DNA of 64,000 nucleotides from Chiloscyllium plagiosum (lineage: Eukaryota): contig NC_057712.1 of assembly GCF_004010195.1 (NCBI RefSeq), forward strand, positions 93,986,256 through 94,050,255, in the 5' to 3' direction. Within the stretch, counting starts at the first letter, position 1, and every line of letters starts with the position of its first letter. The notes under the pieces were generated by a model. The model saw nothing but the letters and a program-made list of their open reading frames with translations, did not search any database and had not been told where the DNA came from. Of the stretch, positions 50,296 to 61,177 are shown one piece after another. A program made the position numbers and the translations under genes.

Positions 50296-52345
50296 GTGTT
50301 GTTTCTGTTTATGGCGCAAAAATGTGGGTGAAAATGAAATGTAAATAAACAGTTATTAAAACATTAAATAATTAAGAATAACTGTCAAAGTGTGTTGGTC
50401 CCTAATGAAGGTGAAATGTTTTTATCCTGCCTCTTAGTCAGAATGCTTTAAGTATAAGCTTCATTCTAGGAGTTGAGCTTCTATCCTTGCCTCAACAGTC
50501 TATGCAGTACTGAGGGAATGCAGAGGCAGAGTGTGGCCCTTACTCTGGGGGAATGGAGAAGGTCATTGACCTTGATTTTGGATTGCTGGCCATTTTGCTG
50601 CACTCTGGCTGTGGCATTGACCTGGGTAGAAACCTCAGATGAGGCTGGCAGGGATTGGCATGGTTGTATTCTTGGTCAGTGCCCTGGGAAGATCTCTGGA
50701 CTACCATGTCCACCTGGATCTCCAGGTGCTTGGCAGAGTCATCAGTGCCATCTTTTCCTTCTCTGGCATGTTCAGATTCTGTCAAGCAACAGACAGGACA
50801 GCTTCAGGATGCTAGTACAGCTGCACAACAGGGTCTTAAAGATGGCATGAACACGAGGGATTTCAGTGGATATCCACTGAGTGGCAAGTTATTATCAAAT
50901 GGCACATGGTAAGATGGTGCTGAAATCAAATGTTAGTGATGACATAGGGGTGGGGTTAAGTTTTTAATACAACGTGTTTGGCCAGATAGGCTGAGAAATC
51001 TCATTCGTCCTTGCAATGGGAAACCTTTCAACAAACCAAAGGTAGATTGGAGCCTAAAGAATGTAAGATTCATCGCATTGAAACAGTCATTTCTACCCAA
51101 AAGAGTGAATAAGATTGTTTTGAACAAAGGGACTTGGATCAAAATGTTTGACATGTGCCTGATGAACGGAAATTAGGCCTTAATGAGATTGATAGATCTT
51201 TCTGTAATACCTGGTTTTATAATAAATAACAAAAAGAATAAATATTTACAAAATTTTTATTCAAATTAAGAATGCAGATTTTCTGTTGTACCCATAACTG
51301 AGGCAAAACCGAAAGTGTAGGTTGGGTAGAATGAATTTCATTGAGGCCACAGCTGAGCAAAGAAATGTCATGTTGATTAACACTTAGTGGGACCTCGGGA
51401 CTTTAGCCTTCTTTGCACCTCAATCAGCAACTGGCAAGCTGACTTCAGATTTGTCATTATCCTGATCATTCAGTCTTACAAATGTGTTTGTTTCAATGAA
51501 CACAATATAATTACACCCAGAATCCATAAACTCTATAAGTTTAATAAACCAGAGTCAGCAGATTGTGATTTCCATAGTGCCTGTAAGTCATGGGTCAAAA
51601 TCTGGAAGCTCAGCTGGACTGCAAGCTGCTTTAGTGCAGTTATGTCCCACACATTTTGGAAGTTACCTCATGTCTGGTATGATTACTAAGGTCAGGTACA
51701 AACTGAAATACTAACGTGGCTGAATTAATAACAGGTGAAGTTAATACCATGAAAACAGTTTAAAGACTTTATAGGTAACAGGTTAATGAAAACATTATAA
51801 TTTCAGTTGTAATTTAAAAGATTAATTCCACTTCCAGATGAAAGTGGCTCTCACAAGAACAGAATTGCACACAGATTTTGTTTGTTCATTTTAATGCTTT
51901 TCTGAGATTTAACTCCTGTGATCACTGCTCCTGACTTGAGATTGCGGAATCACCTCTATTTTATTGCTGTGTACATCATATGTTTATAAGTTCATTCAGG
52001 ACAATGTAACCCAAACTCGCCTGTCTCAGGAGAGGGTGATACAATGTCCATGAAATGGGAAAGGTGGAAAGCCCTGAGCATTTACAAAGTGCCTTTCATT
52101 TCCCCTTGATATTCCAAAGAGCTTCACAGCAAGTGATCAGCTTATGAAGCACAATCATTATTGTTCTGTACCAAACCGATCAGAAGACTGATTGTCTATT
52201 TTTTTCCTCAACAAAAGAACAAATCTTCGGATTGATTGCAAGTAACAGAAAAGTCACTATCCAAGATTGTCTTGTCTTCCTCGTTGTAAATGGATGTGGA
52301 ATAGAGGCAAGGCACACACTTTGACAGTCACAAATCAACTTAACC

Positions 52346-52548
52346 TCGATTCGGAGATGCCGGTGTTGGACTGGGGTGTACAAAGTTGAAAATCACACAA
52401 CACCAGGTTATAGTCCAACAGGTTTATTTGGAAGCACACTAGCTTTCGGAGCGACGCTCCTACAATCACCTGATGAAGGAGCGTCGCTCCGAAAGCTAGT
52501 GTGCTTCCAATTAAACCTGTTGGACTATAACCTGGTGTTGTGTGATTT
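52346..52548. mobile_element. Fold-back PLE-terminus palindrome (family A), well preserved
   Basis: 11-bp direct repeat tcaacttaacc (52335-52345, 52549-52559); near-perfect arms about 52383-52461 and 52477-52555. Confidence 0.92.
52467..52501 (+). ncRNA. Minimal type I hammerhead ribozyme motif with apparently intact core
   Basis: CAC-CUGAUGA-A-GGAGC-GUC-GCUCC-GAA-AGCU-A-GUG: stem I CAC/GUG, 5-bp stem II, palindromic AGCU in place of stem III, CUA cleavage triplet. Confidence 0.75.
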
Positions 52549-53149
52549 TCAACTTAACCATTTTTTGATGCCAAGGTTAACGCATTTGAATTTAGCCATA
52601 GCTGAGAATCAAGCGTGTGACTGCAGCTAAGCAAACATTAGAACAATGAATGTCCTACAGAGCAAGTGCTTAACGGTCCTTTTCTCTGTTTGTCAAACAC
52701 TGCAAGCTGCAGTCACAGTTTGCATCAAAACATTTCACTACATCATTAAAACATCTTTACATAATATTATCACTCACAACAAAAAGAAAGAACGAGCATT
52801 TATAAAACATTTCATCACATGCTTAGACCTTCCCAAAATTATCCAGTCAATTCATTTTGAAGAAGTGTTAATATTGTTTGTAAGCAAACAAGGCAACTAA
52901 TCTGCAGTCCAGCAGGCTGGCCAATTCATCCTGTAGTTCTGCTGGTTCAATGGAATCTCCAACGTCAGCAAATGGTACTCCCAGTAGGACAGGTGCAGTG
53001 CTGGGCAAGATGCCCGCGCAGAGGTGCTGGAAACACTACTAGTCACAATGTTCTTCTGCTGTCCACATGTTTTGATGCATGGTTTTGAAGCTTGGACTGT
53101 GTGGGTCTACTGAACAATGACTGCTGGAAGCATTGTGGGTTGTATGGGA

Positions 53150-54340
53150 GGTGTGTGGTGAGTTGCTATTTTGATTCAGGAAAGGCAGGAAGTTTAGTCA
53201 TCTCGATCTATCGACCAAGTCTGCAAGGGATACTCTGTTGCATTATTGGTAGTGCTGGACCTGAGCAGCAGGCCAATGCAGCTGAGCCTGCAGAGAGGGG
53301 AAGATCTGCATTGAAGCAGGAAGAGAACAGGACTCTTAATTTCAAAGAGAATGCCTCCTTTCTCCATGAGAAGCAATGCCTGAGGCACCTCAGATTCAAC
53401 AAGGAGCTGGTCACAGAACTGTGGCACCTCCTTCAGCATGACCTTCAGCAACACAGCAAGGCAGGTATGGCACTGCCAATAGTCAGTAAGGTCACCATCA
53501 TTTAAAATTTCTGCATGATAGCAGGTGACATTGTGCGTGTCTCACATCTCACCATCCATCACTTCATGTGGAGGATTATGGGATGACCCGAATGTGAGAA
53601 GAGAAGATTTAATCATTTAACATCAACATAGAACATTCAAACTAGGAGCAGGCCGTTTGGCCCTTTGAGCCTGCTCTGCCATTCAGTATGATCAGGGATT
53701 ATCCTCAATTACTCCGCAGAATCCATTGATACCTTTGTTATCTAAAAATTCATCAATCTTTCTTGGCTATATTCAGTGACTTGGCCTCTCTAGCCTCTCT
53801 TTCGTGGGAGACAGTTCCACAGGTTCACTACCCTCTGAGTGAGTGAAAAATATTTCCTCAACTCAGTCCTCAGTCTCCCTTATCCTGAGGCTGTAACCCC
53901 AAGCTCTAAACTGCCCAGCCAGGGAAAACATGCTCCCTGTATCCAGTCTGTCCCATGCTGTTCTAGGTTATATGTTTTAATCTATTTTCTATTTAATCAG
54001 AGAGAAACCAGAGGATAGGGCACTTTGATTTGCCAGGATAGTGGGATTACCAATAACACAGAGATAAAGGAACTGCAAATGCCATCACTCCATTAATATG
54101 CAGCTGGGGTGCAACAACCATCAGTTTGGTGACACCTCACTGTCCTAGCAGCACACACAGTACCTTCATTCTGAGGTAGTCTGCTGTTTCCACCATCGCT
54201 GGGCCAACAAGAATAACAAGCTGCTTAAAGACAAACCTTGCCCTGTCTACGTACACTGGTGACCTCTCCACTGCCTGACCACACAAACACAACATGAGAT
54301 GTACAATGAAAGCCATGTTACTCTGTGTTCAGAGCATATC
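53150..54340 (+). mobile_element. PIF/Harbinger transposase fossil
   Basis: ORF 53092-53505 ends EKQCLRHLRFNKELVTELWHLLQHDLQ..ALPIVSKVT, like the HARBI1-type N-terminus; FARIVGLP-like sequence near 54030 and FILR near 54165; disrupted by stops. Confidence 0.7.
53625..53975 (-). mobile_element. CR1 3' end inserted in the Harbinger fossil
   Basis: aacatagaacattcaaactaggagcaggccgtttggccctttgagcctgctctgccattca...ttccacaggttcactaccctctgagtg. Confidence 0.8.
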
Positions 54341-56618
54341 AGTGACAGCGACTGTTCCATCCGACAGCACTGACAATATTAGGAATAGTATATCATCGCC
54401 TCATTACCTTTCTCTACTCCCACTGCACCCTCATCCTGATACCGTGCATGTTGAGCAAGTTCCTGATGGTATGATCACAGATATCTTGTTTCCTTCACTA
54501 AATCCTGTTCCCTTCCCCTTCAGCCCTTCCAATTCATTTCTGCTTCAGACAAAAGGAGTGGCACTTGCTCAGCTCTGGCAGATCAGGAAGATGGGAGTGA
54601 GCGACATGATGGTCTGGTGAACACACACTGCCATGTTATCTGGCCCCAGCTCAGACACTGCTCTGAGTGCTCCAATAGGAAAACAGTCAATGCAACAGTG
54701 AGGACAGGAGCTGTATGGTGGTTCTGTGCAGAGGTCCCAGTACAGCAGGGAATTATCCTCCAAATTCAAACTGCTGCTGGACAGATTACCAGAATGTAAG
54801 AGTTAGGAACTTTGCAGCGTTCTGCTTGACTGAGATTAATAATTATTCAGGAAAGGTCAGAAGAATTAAAACCTGCTCTAACTCCTGGATATCTATTGAG
54901 CTGACCATATGACCCGCTGACTGACCACTGACACCTTTTTGTCTCATCCCACGCTCAAAACACAAGGCATCCCAACCTGACCTGACCCCTGATTGAGCTG
55001 AGCACCTTCTACCATGACCTGACATGCCCCTCCACACTGCAGCCTCATCTTACCCAACCTTCAACTCCCTCCTAACCTTCCCTGAACCTGGCTCCCACAC
55101 CAGGTCTCACATCCCTTTGGTAGACCTGGACTGTCTGGAAGCTGGGCTGAGCAATACATACACATGCCACTGGGTCATGGTGCCACCTTTGTTTCTCTTC
55201 ATTCAACATCCCGAATAGTTGGTTCCCTTTGTGTATAAAGTGTAACTGTCAAAGACTCAGTCACCAGTAGTGTTGCGATGGGATGGCCAGGGAGTCAGCA
55301 GTCTGTAAGTGGTACATTGCATGGGTCTGTGACCAGTGTTCTTTCCCTTTAAAATCCCCAGGATAGATATTAGCCACAGTCCTGACCTCACAGGCTGATT
55401 GACTTACCCCTCCCACCAAGAGGGTGGCCGCAGCCACTTTCTCCCCTGTTGCTCACTTTTGATTTCCAGGACAATGGTAGATGACAATAAGCATTCCTCT
55501 GCTTCCAATCTCAGGCTGAATGTGGCAGTGAGTCTCCCTACATCCACATTCCCCTCCTTGTAAACCACTGGCTTCATACTTCTCCAAGTCTCCATGCACC
55601 TACATCCGCTTAACATTCCTAGCTAGCCCCTGGCCAATGAGGTGAACATGCCAGGGATGATCATTCATCACCTCTCTCACCCCTTGAAGCCAGCATGCCC
55701 CTCAACATTGATGAATCTCCCTTGTGTAAAAGGGAGATTCATGTGGCACTGATGACAGAAGATGAAGTGGACTTTCAAAAAAGGGAAGAGTTTCTTGTTC
55801 ACTGTGTGAGGGAGCACATGGAGCCACTGAGGTGCAGTGAAGGTATGAGTCTGGGATCTCCAACAATCCTGCATTTTGTAAAGATTCACTCCACTCTCAT
55901 GCAGCTGTCAGTTGTTCGTGAAGAAGGAACTGAAACTGGTTGCTGGAGAAAACAGGGCACTGGCATTGACCACTTGCTTTAACCACCTATGTGCAGATGG
56001 TTATGTTGCCAACATCCTACAGTGGTGGCCTGGAACAAACATCAAAGATTGAACATGAAGGACTTTTGACAGCTATTAGCAGTGATCTAAACGAGGACTG
56101 CAGGTCATCTTTAATCATAGGTTACAACTTTCTTATGATGTTCCTTAAAACAGTGTGTGTCTGTGTGTGTAAGAGAGAGTCACTCTGACACAATTGAAGC
56201 ATGTAGAATGAAGGTAGTAGTTCAGCAGTCTGTGTAAAATCTCCTGAACTCTAAGAGGCAGCAGCTGACAACAATGCAAACAACAGCTGAGAAATTACCT
56301 TTACATTTTGAGTTCTGTTGCAAATTTGATATGGCTATGTAGTACTATTACACATGAATATTTTAGTTTTGTGCTACTGGAATAGAACATCAGTTGTTAG
56401 AAGTTTGTATTGAAATATTGAGCCTGGAATATACTATGAACAGACAAGTTGTGTAATGCTGTTCCATCTCTAACAACTTGATATATATTCCCAAGGTGCA
56501 TCGAATTGGGTTGGGGGTATGAAAGTGAGCAATTAGCTTTTAAATGTTGTTACTGGTACTTCATTAAAACATTCAGATTAAGGTCTTTCCTGTTTCCAAC
56601 AAGAGCTTTCTGTGATCA

Positions 56619-56841
56619 CTAAATCTTATCAGGATGTGCAAAACTGGTAAAGTTCAGCTGTGATACATCCTCTGCCTCATTTTCTGACTGTAATCCTTCT
56701 GAAAATTGGGTTAAATCGAGTGGAAAATGAATGATTCTTTCAAATAGTTCTTTGGCTGCAGAAGGTTCACTCATCTTCTGACAAGTTCTGTGCTGGAGCA
56801 GACTGTAATTTTCAAGAAGTTGTTTGCTGCAGTCCCACTGT
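56619..56841 (-). CDS. Candidate terminal coding exon, product unknown
   Basis: Non-repetitive sequence; acceptor ttaatttatag; open frame QWDCSKQLLENYSLLQHRTCQKMSEPSAAKELFERIIHFPLDL...HPDKI-stop; no homolog recognised. Confidence 0.28.
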
Positions 56842-57571
56842 CTATAAATTAATCTGATGATGACAATTACTAGCCCCCTCACTTGTAATCCACCTGGCTC
56901 CTACGTCTTTTCATGGTTGCACTGGAGATCTGTTTACTGGAAGTGATAAGTCGATTTAATGTTTGTATAATCCCTGAGCCACTTTCATTTCTGGAATGTT
57001 ATTAGCTTAAAACCTGATTTACTCCCAGTGTGATACAGCTTTATTCACATGTGATCAAAGACTCTTGACTGTTCACTGGAAAAACCTCACGCACAAAAGT
57101 ATAATCTTACTTCAAACAGTGATGGAAGAAACTAAAGACGTATTCATAGGGCTTGAATCTAAAATAAGTCTGTTATTTAGGCTGCACACATAAGACATTA
57201 TCTTTCAGGGAAGGTGCAGTCTGTTAGTTCAACCTCCCAGCTGAAAGAGGTTGTTTAAAAGAGCAACAAAAATAGATTTGGTTCTGCAAAGCTGATTGTA
57301 ACTGGGGAATTGTTTTTTTAAAGAAGCTATACATGTTTACATGATCAATTCTGCTAGCTTCCTGGTATTTCACATGTTTCTTCTTAAACCCATGCTATTG
57401 TATAAAGTAGTTAAATTAGGAATATTTCAACGTGCCTCGAGACTTCCACTTACACTAAGTGAAGCAGACTTTGCCTATTTAAATTTGTTTTGGAGTCGCC
57501 CATCGGGCAAATATCTTACACTATTTACAAGGAATGGATGTTCGAGCTGTGGTTCATCACCTAAGAACCAT

Positions 57572-58261
57572 TGAGTACAGGGGTTGGGGGGTCATGGATG
57601 TTACAATTACAAGGATGTTAGCAGGGTTGGAGGATTTGAGCTATAGGGAGAGGCTGAAGAGGCTGGGGCTGCTTTCCCTGGAGCATCAGAAGCGGACCTT
57701 ATAAAGGTTTATAAAATCACGAGGGGCATGGATATGGTAAATAGACAAGGTCTTTTCCCTGGTTCTGAGTCCAGAAGTAGCGGTCATAGGTTTAGGGTGA
57801 GAGGGGAAACATTTAAAAGGGACCTAAGGGGCAACATTTTCATTCAGAAGGTGGTGGGTGAATGGAATGAGCTGCCAGAGGAAGTGGTGGAGGCTGGTGC
57901 AGTTACAGCATTAAAAAAACATCTGGATGGGTATACGAAAATGAAGGGTTTAGAGGGAAATGAGGGTTAGGCCACTGTTGGAATATTGTGTGCAATTCTG
58001 GTCTCCTTCCTATTGGAAAGATGTTGTGAAACTTGAAAGGGTTCAGAAAAGATTTACAAGGATGTTGGCAGGGTTGGAGGATTTGAGCTATAGGGAGAGG
58101 CTGAACAGGNNNNNNNNNNNNNNNNNNNNNNAAGGGTCTGTTTCCGTGCTGTACATCTCTATGACTCTATAAATGGGACGAGATTAATTAAGGATATCTG
58201 GTTGGCATGGGCGAGTTGGACCAAAAGATCTGTTTCCGTGCTGTACATCTCTATGACTCTA
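57572..58261 (+). mobile_element. Two nested CR1 3' fragments; N gap 58110-58131
   Basis: The first copy (FIQKVVGEWNELP) is interrupted at about 57962 by a second (VRPLLEYCVQFWSP) ending ctatgactctat, after which the first 3' UTR resumes. Confidence 0.85.
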
Positions 58262-58855
58262 AATATAATTATCCAAATAGAAAGCCAAATTTCCAATGTT
58301 GAATCTCATAAAGCAGAATTAGACAAATATCTCAAATAAGATTTCAGACTGTTCTTTGTGCCAGAAGTGAACATTCCAAGGAAGTCCCATATTAAATGTT
58401 TTATAATTTGTTCCTGGGGTGTGGAGTCACTGTCGATCTGTTTGAACTGCTGCAGTCGTTGTGCTGGTGAAAGTGTTCCCCTGCTGTTGTTCGATTAGGA
58501 GTTTACTGAGTTGCACAGAATTCTGGAATGTCAGGAATGTATAATCTCGCGCACACTAAGGAGCCTCGGTTTAAATTGAATTTGCCAGGCTGGTCAGGAA
58601 AGTGGCAAAGGGAAGTCTAAAATGTGTTATTGTTAAGGAAGGTGAGTTTATCATTGGCCATATTCTCATGGTTGATGAGAAAGATTCAGTTAAAAATTGC
58701 TAAAATGAGATACAGAGTCGAAGATTGCAGTCATGAGGATGCATTAAAATGCCAAAAATCAGCCCTGAGAAAGGAATACTGACTTAGACAATGTGAGAAG
58801 AGGTTGCTGATTGGTTTGGCTAGCTTTAGCATGGAGTTCAGCAAGAATAATTATT

Positions 58856-58930
58856 GTCCAGGTCTGGCAGCATCTATGGAGAGAAAACAGAGTTAAAGTT
58901 TCAGGTGCAGTGACTCTTCCTCAGAACTCA
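58856..58930 (-). mobile_element. PLE-terminus remnant (family C) with decayed hammerhead-like core
   Basis: Minus strand gttCTGAGGA-agagtcactgcacct-GAAActt; flank matches 30155-30220. Confidence 0.55.
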
Positions 58931-58989
58931 GTGGTTTCTAGCACAGGCAAAAACCTTAAATTGGTTTCCAGCGTAATTCTTTGCACAGT

Positions 58990-59600
58990 CCAGATTACTT
59001 AATACATGACATCCAGACTCACATCTAATGGTGGGTATGCTGTTTCAAAAGTTGCAAGCACAGGCTGGCACAGCATGATGAGCTTAATGCCCACACTGAA
59101 TGGTGAACAGGGCATGTTGTTTGTTAAGGTCTGCCAGTCATTTGGATGCTCAGCCTGCATAGCTGGCATCACACTGACACTGAATCTCAAATAGCACATG
59201 CATGACTTGAGCAGTAGTCAAAATGTCTTTTTGGTTTTCTTCCACCATCCTGATAGTAGAGAAAAAGACTCATATGTTTTCTGCAAAGTAGCAGCATAAG
59301 ACAGCTAGCTTCACTAAATGCTCAAAGTTTAGAGATAAATTCCAGGATAAACTCAGATAAGACTGGATTCTATTCAGAGTTAAATCTGGTGGCCGTAGAC
59401 CTTTTCATGAATTTGCATGATATATGCTGAGTGATGACTTGATCAGGGTAGCAATTATCATGCAAAATAATTTTGATATTCCCTGTCTCAGTATCAAGCT
59501 TACACAGTGACGAGATGGCTGGCAGCCTATTCAAAAATTGCCAATAAAATTGATCCTGTAACACTTAGATCTATAGAAATCCCAATGTATATATTGACTA
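58990..59600 (-). mobile_element. Old Penelope-like element (RT thumb and GIY-YIG remnants)
   Basis: KLDTETGNIKIILHDNCYPDQVI resembles the NGYP thumb motif; a frameshifted QCQCDASYAG-type GIY-YIG lies at about 59130-59195. Confidence 0.7.
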
Positions 59601-60430
59601 GTGAGTGTAGGCTTTTGGTAAGTAGTAGAGAATAGATTGGCAAATTTCTCAAGTAGTCCATTGAGGAAAGGGATTTTATTTGATCATTACATTTCAAATG
59701 TGAACGTATGGTATTATTTATCATACTGTGCAAAGAAATTTGTTGATATAGCCGGTGCATCTGCTGGACTGAGAACTAAGTTAGAATTATTTTTGTTTAT
59801 TTCCATGCCAAAGAATCAATTCAAATAATGCAACTATCTTTATATTGGGCATGTGAAAGGGGTTGGAGATGAGTGATCATTCCAGGGAAAACGGGATTCT
59901 CATGGTAACTATGGAAGATAATTGCAACAGCTGGGCTGAGATGGGTTATTTATACACTTCACCCTGTTTTATGTAGGAAAAAGGGATTCATACATAGATA
60001 GAACCTTTTTATTTGAGAAAGAGGAAATGAAAAATGCCAAACTCTGCTGCATCCCATAACAACACCCTGACAATGACACTGGGAAGAATAAGATTGACAG
60101 TTAACTGTTCCCGCTGCATGTCCATGTTAACTCTTTCATTATCTACCCAATTGCCCCACCTCCAAGCTCACCATCAATGAATCAGGAAAATTCAGACCAT
60201 GATTTCAGATCTTAGCCAAGGTGTATTTGTAAGGCTTCTGAGTTAAGGTATTGGAAAATGTTGATCAGGATTTTGATGCTAAAGGTGGAAAGTGATAACC
60301 AGAGAGCTTTAACCAATATGTGGTTTATAAACCCTGCAAAGATGTGGAAAGATACATGTCTTCATATGGTTCATAGAGTCATAGAGATGTACAGCACAGA
60401 AACAGACTGTTCAGTCCAAATTGTCCATGC

Positions 60431-60582
60431 ATTTAAGTGCATTTAAGTCGTCATTGGACAGGCATATGGACGTACATGGAATAGTGTTGGTAGGATGGGC
60501 TTCAGATTAGTATGACAGGGCGGCGCAACATCGAGAGCCGAAGGGCCTGTACTGCGCTGTAATGTTCTATGTTCTATGTTCT
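60431..60582 (+). mobile_element. Short CR1 3' fragment inserted antisense in a CR1 3' UTR
   Basis: gagccgaagggcctgtactgcgctgtaa followed by (tgttcta)n; atgc repeated at both junctions. Confidence 0.85.
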
Positions 60583-60900
60583 ATGCCGACCATATCCCAA
60601 TCCAATCCTAGTCCCACCTGCCAGCACCTGGCCCATATCCCCCCAAACCCTTCCTTTTCATATACCCATCTGGATGCCTCTTAAATGTTGCAATTGTACC
60701 AGCCTCTACTACTTCCTCGTGTAGCTAATTCCATACACGCACTACCCTCTGTGTGAAAACGTTGACTCTTAGGTCTCTTTTATATCTTTCCCCTCTCACC
60801 CTAAACCTATTCCCTCTAGTTCTGGACTCCCCACCCCAGGGAAAAGATCTTGTCTAGTTACCCTATCCATGCCCCTCATGATTTTACAAATCTCTATAAT

Positions 60901-61177
60901 GGGCGGCATGATGGCACAGTGGATAGCATCAGGGCTGCCTCACAATGCCAGAGACCTGGGTTTAATTCCTGCCTGGGTTTCCTCCGGGTGATCCGGTTGC
61001 CTCCCACAGTCCAAAAATGTGCAGGTTAGGTGAATTGGCCATGCTAAATTGCCCATAGTGTTAGGTGAAGGGTAAATGTAGGGGAATGGGTCTGGGTGGG
61101 TTGCTCTTCAGAGGGTCGGTGTGGACTTGTTGGGCAGAAAGGCCTGTTTCCACACTGTAAGTAATCTAATCTAATCT
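60901..61177 (+). mobile_element. HE1-type V-SINE nested in CR1
   Basis: gggcggcatgatggcacagtgg...ggcctgtttccacactgtaag(taatc)n; host CR1 is continuous across it (tctctataa|gatcacccctc). Confidence 0.92.

Noticed and set aside
46351-52460. Two family A copies exactly 6000 bp apart
   Set aside because: Flanks, TSDs and apexes differ, so the spacing is treated as coincidence.
45601-52559. Repeated palindromic units as a CRISPR-like or prokaryotic system
   Set aside because: The context is vertebrate, the repeats are dispersed with individual TSDs, and there is no repeat-spacer periodicity or cas gene.
58132-58261. Tandem duplication of a CR1 tail
   Set aside because: It is explained by one CR1 nested in another, and the adjacent gap makes local mis-assembly possible.
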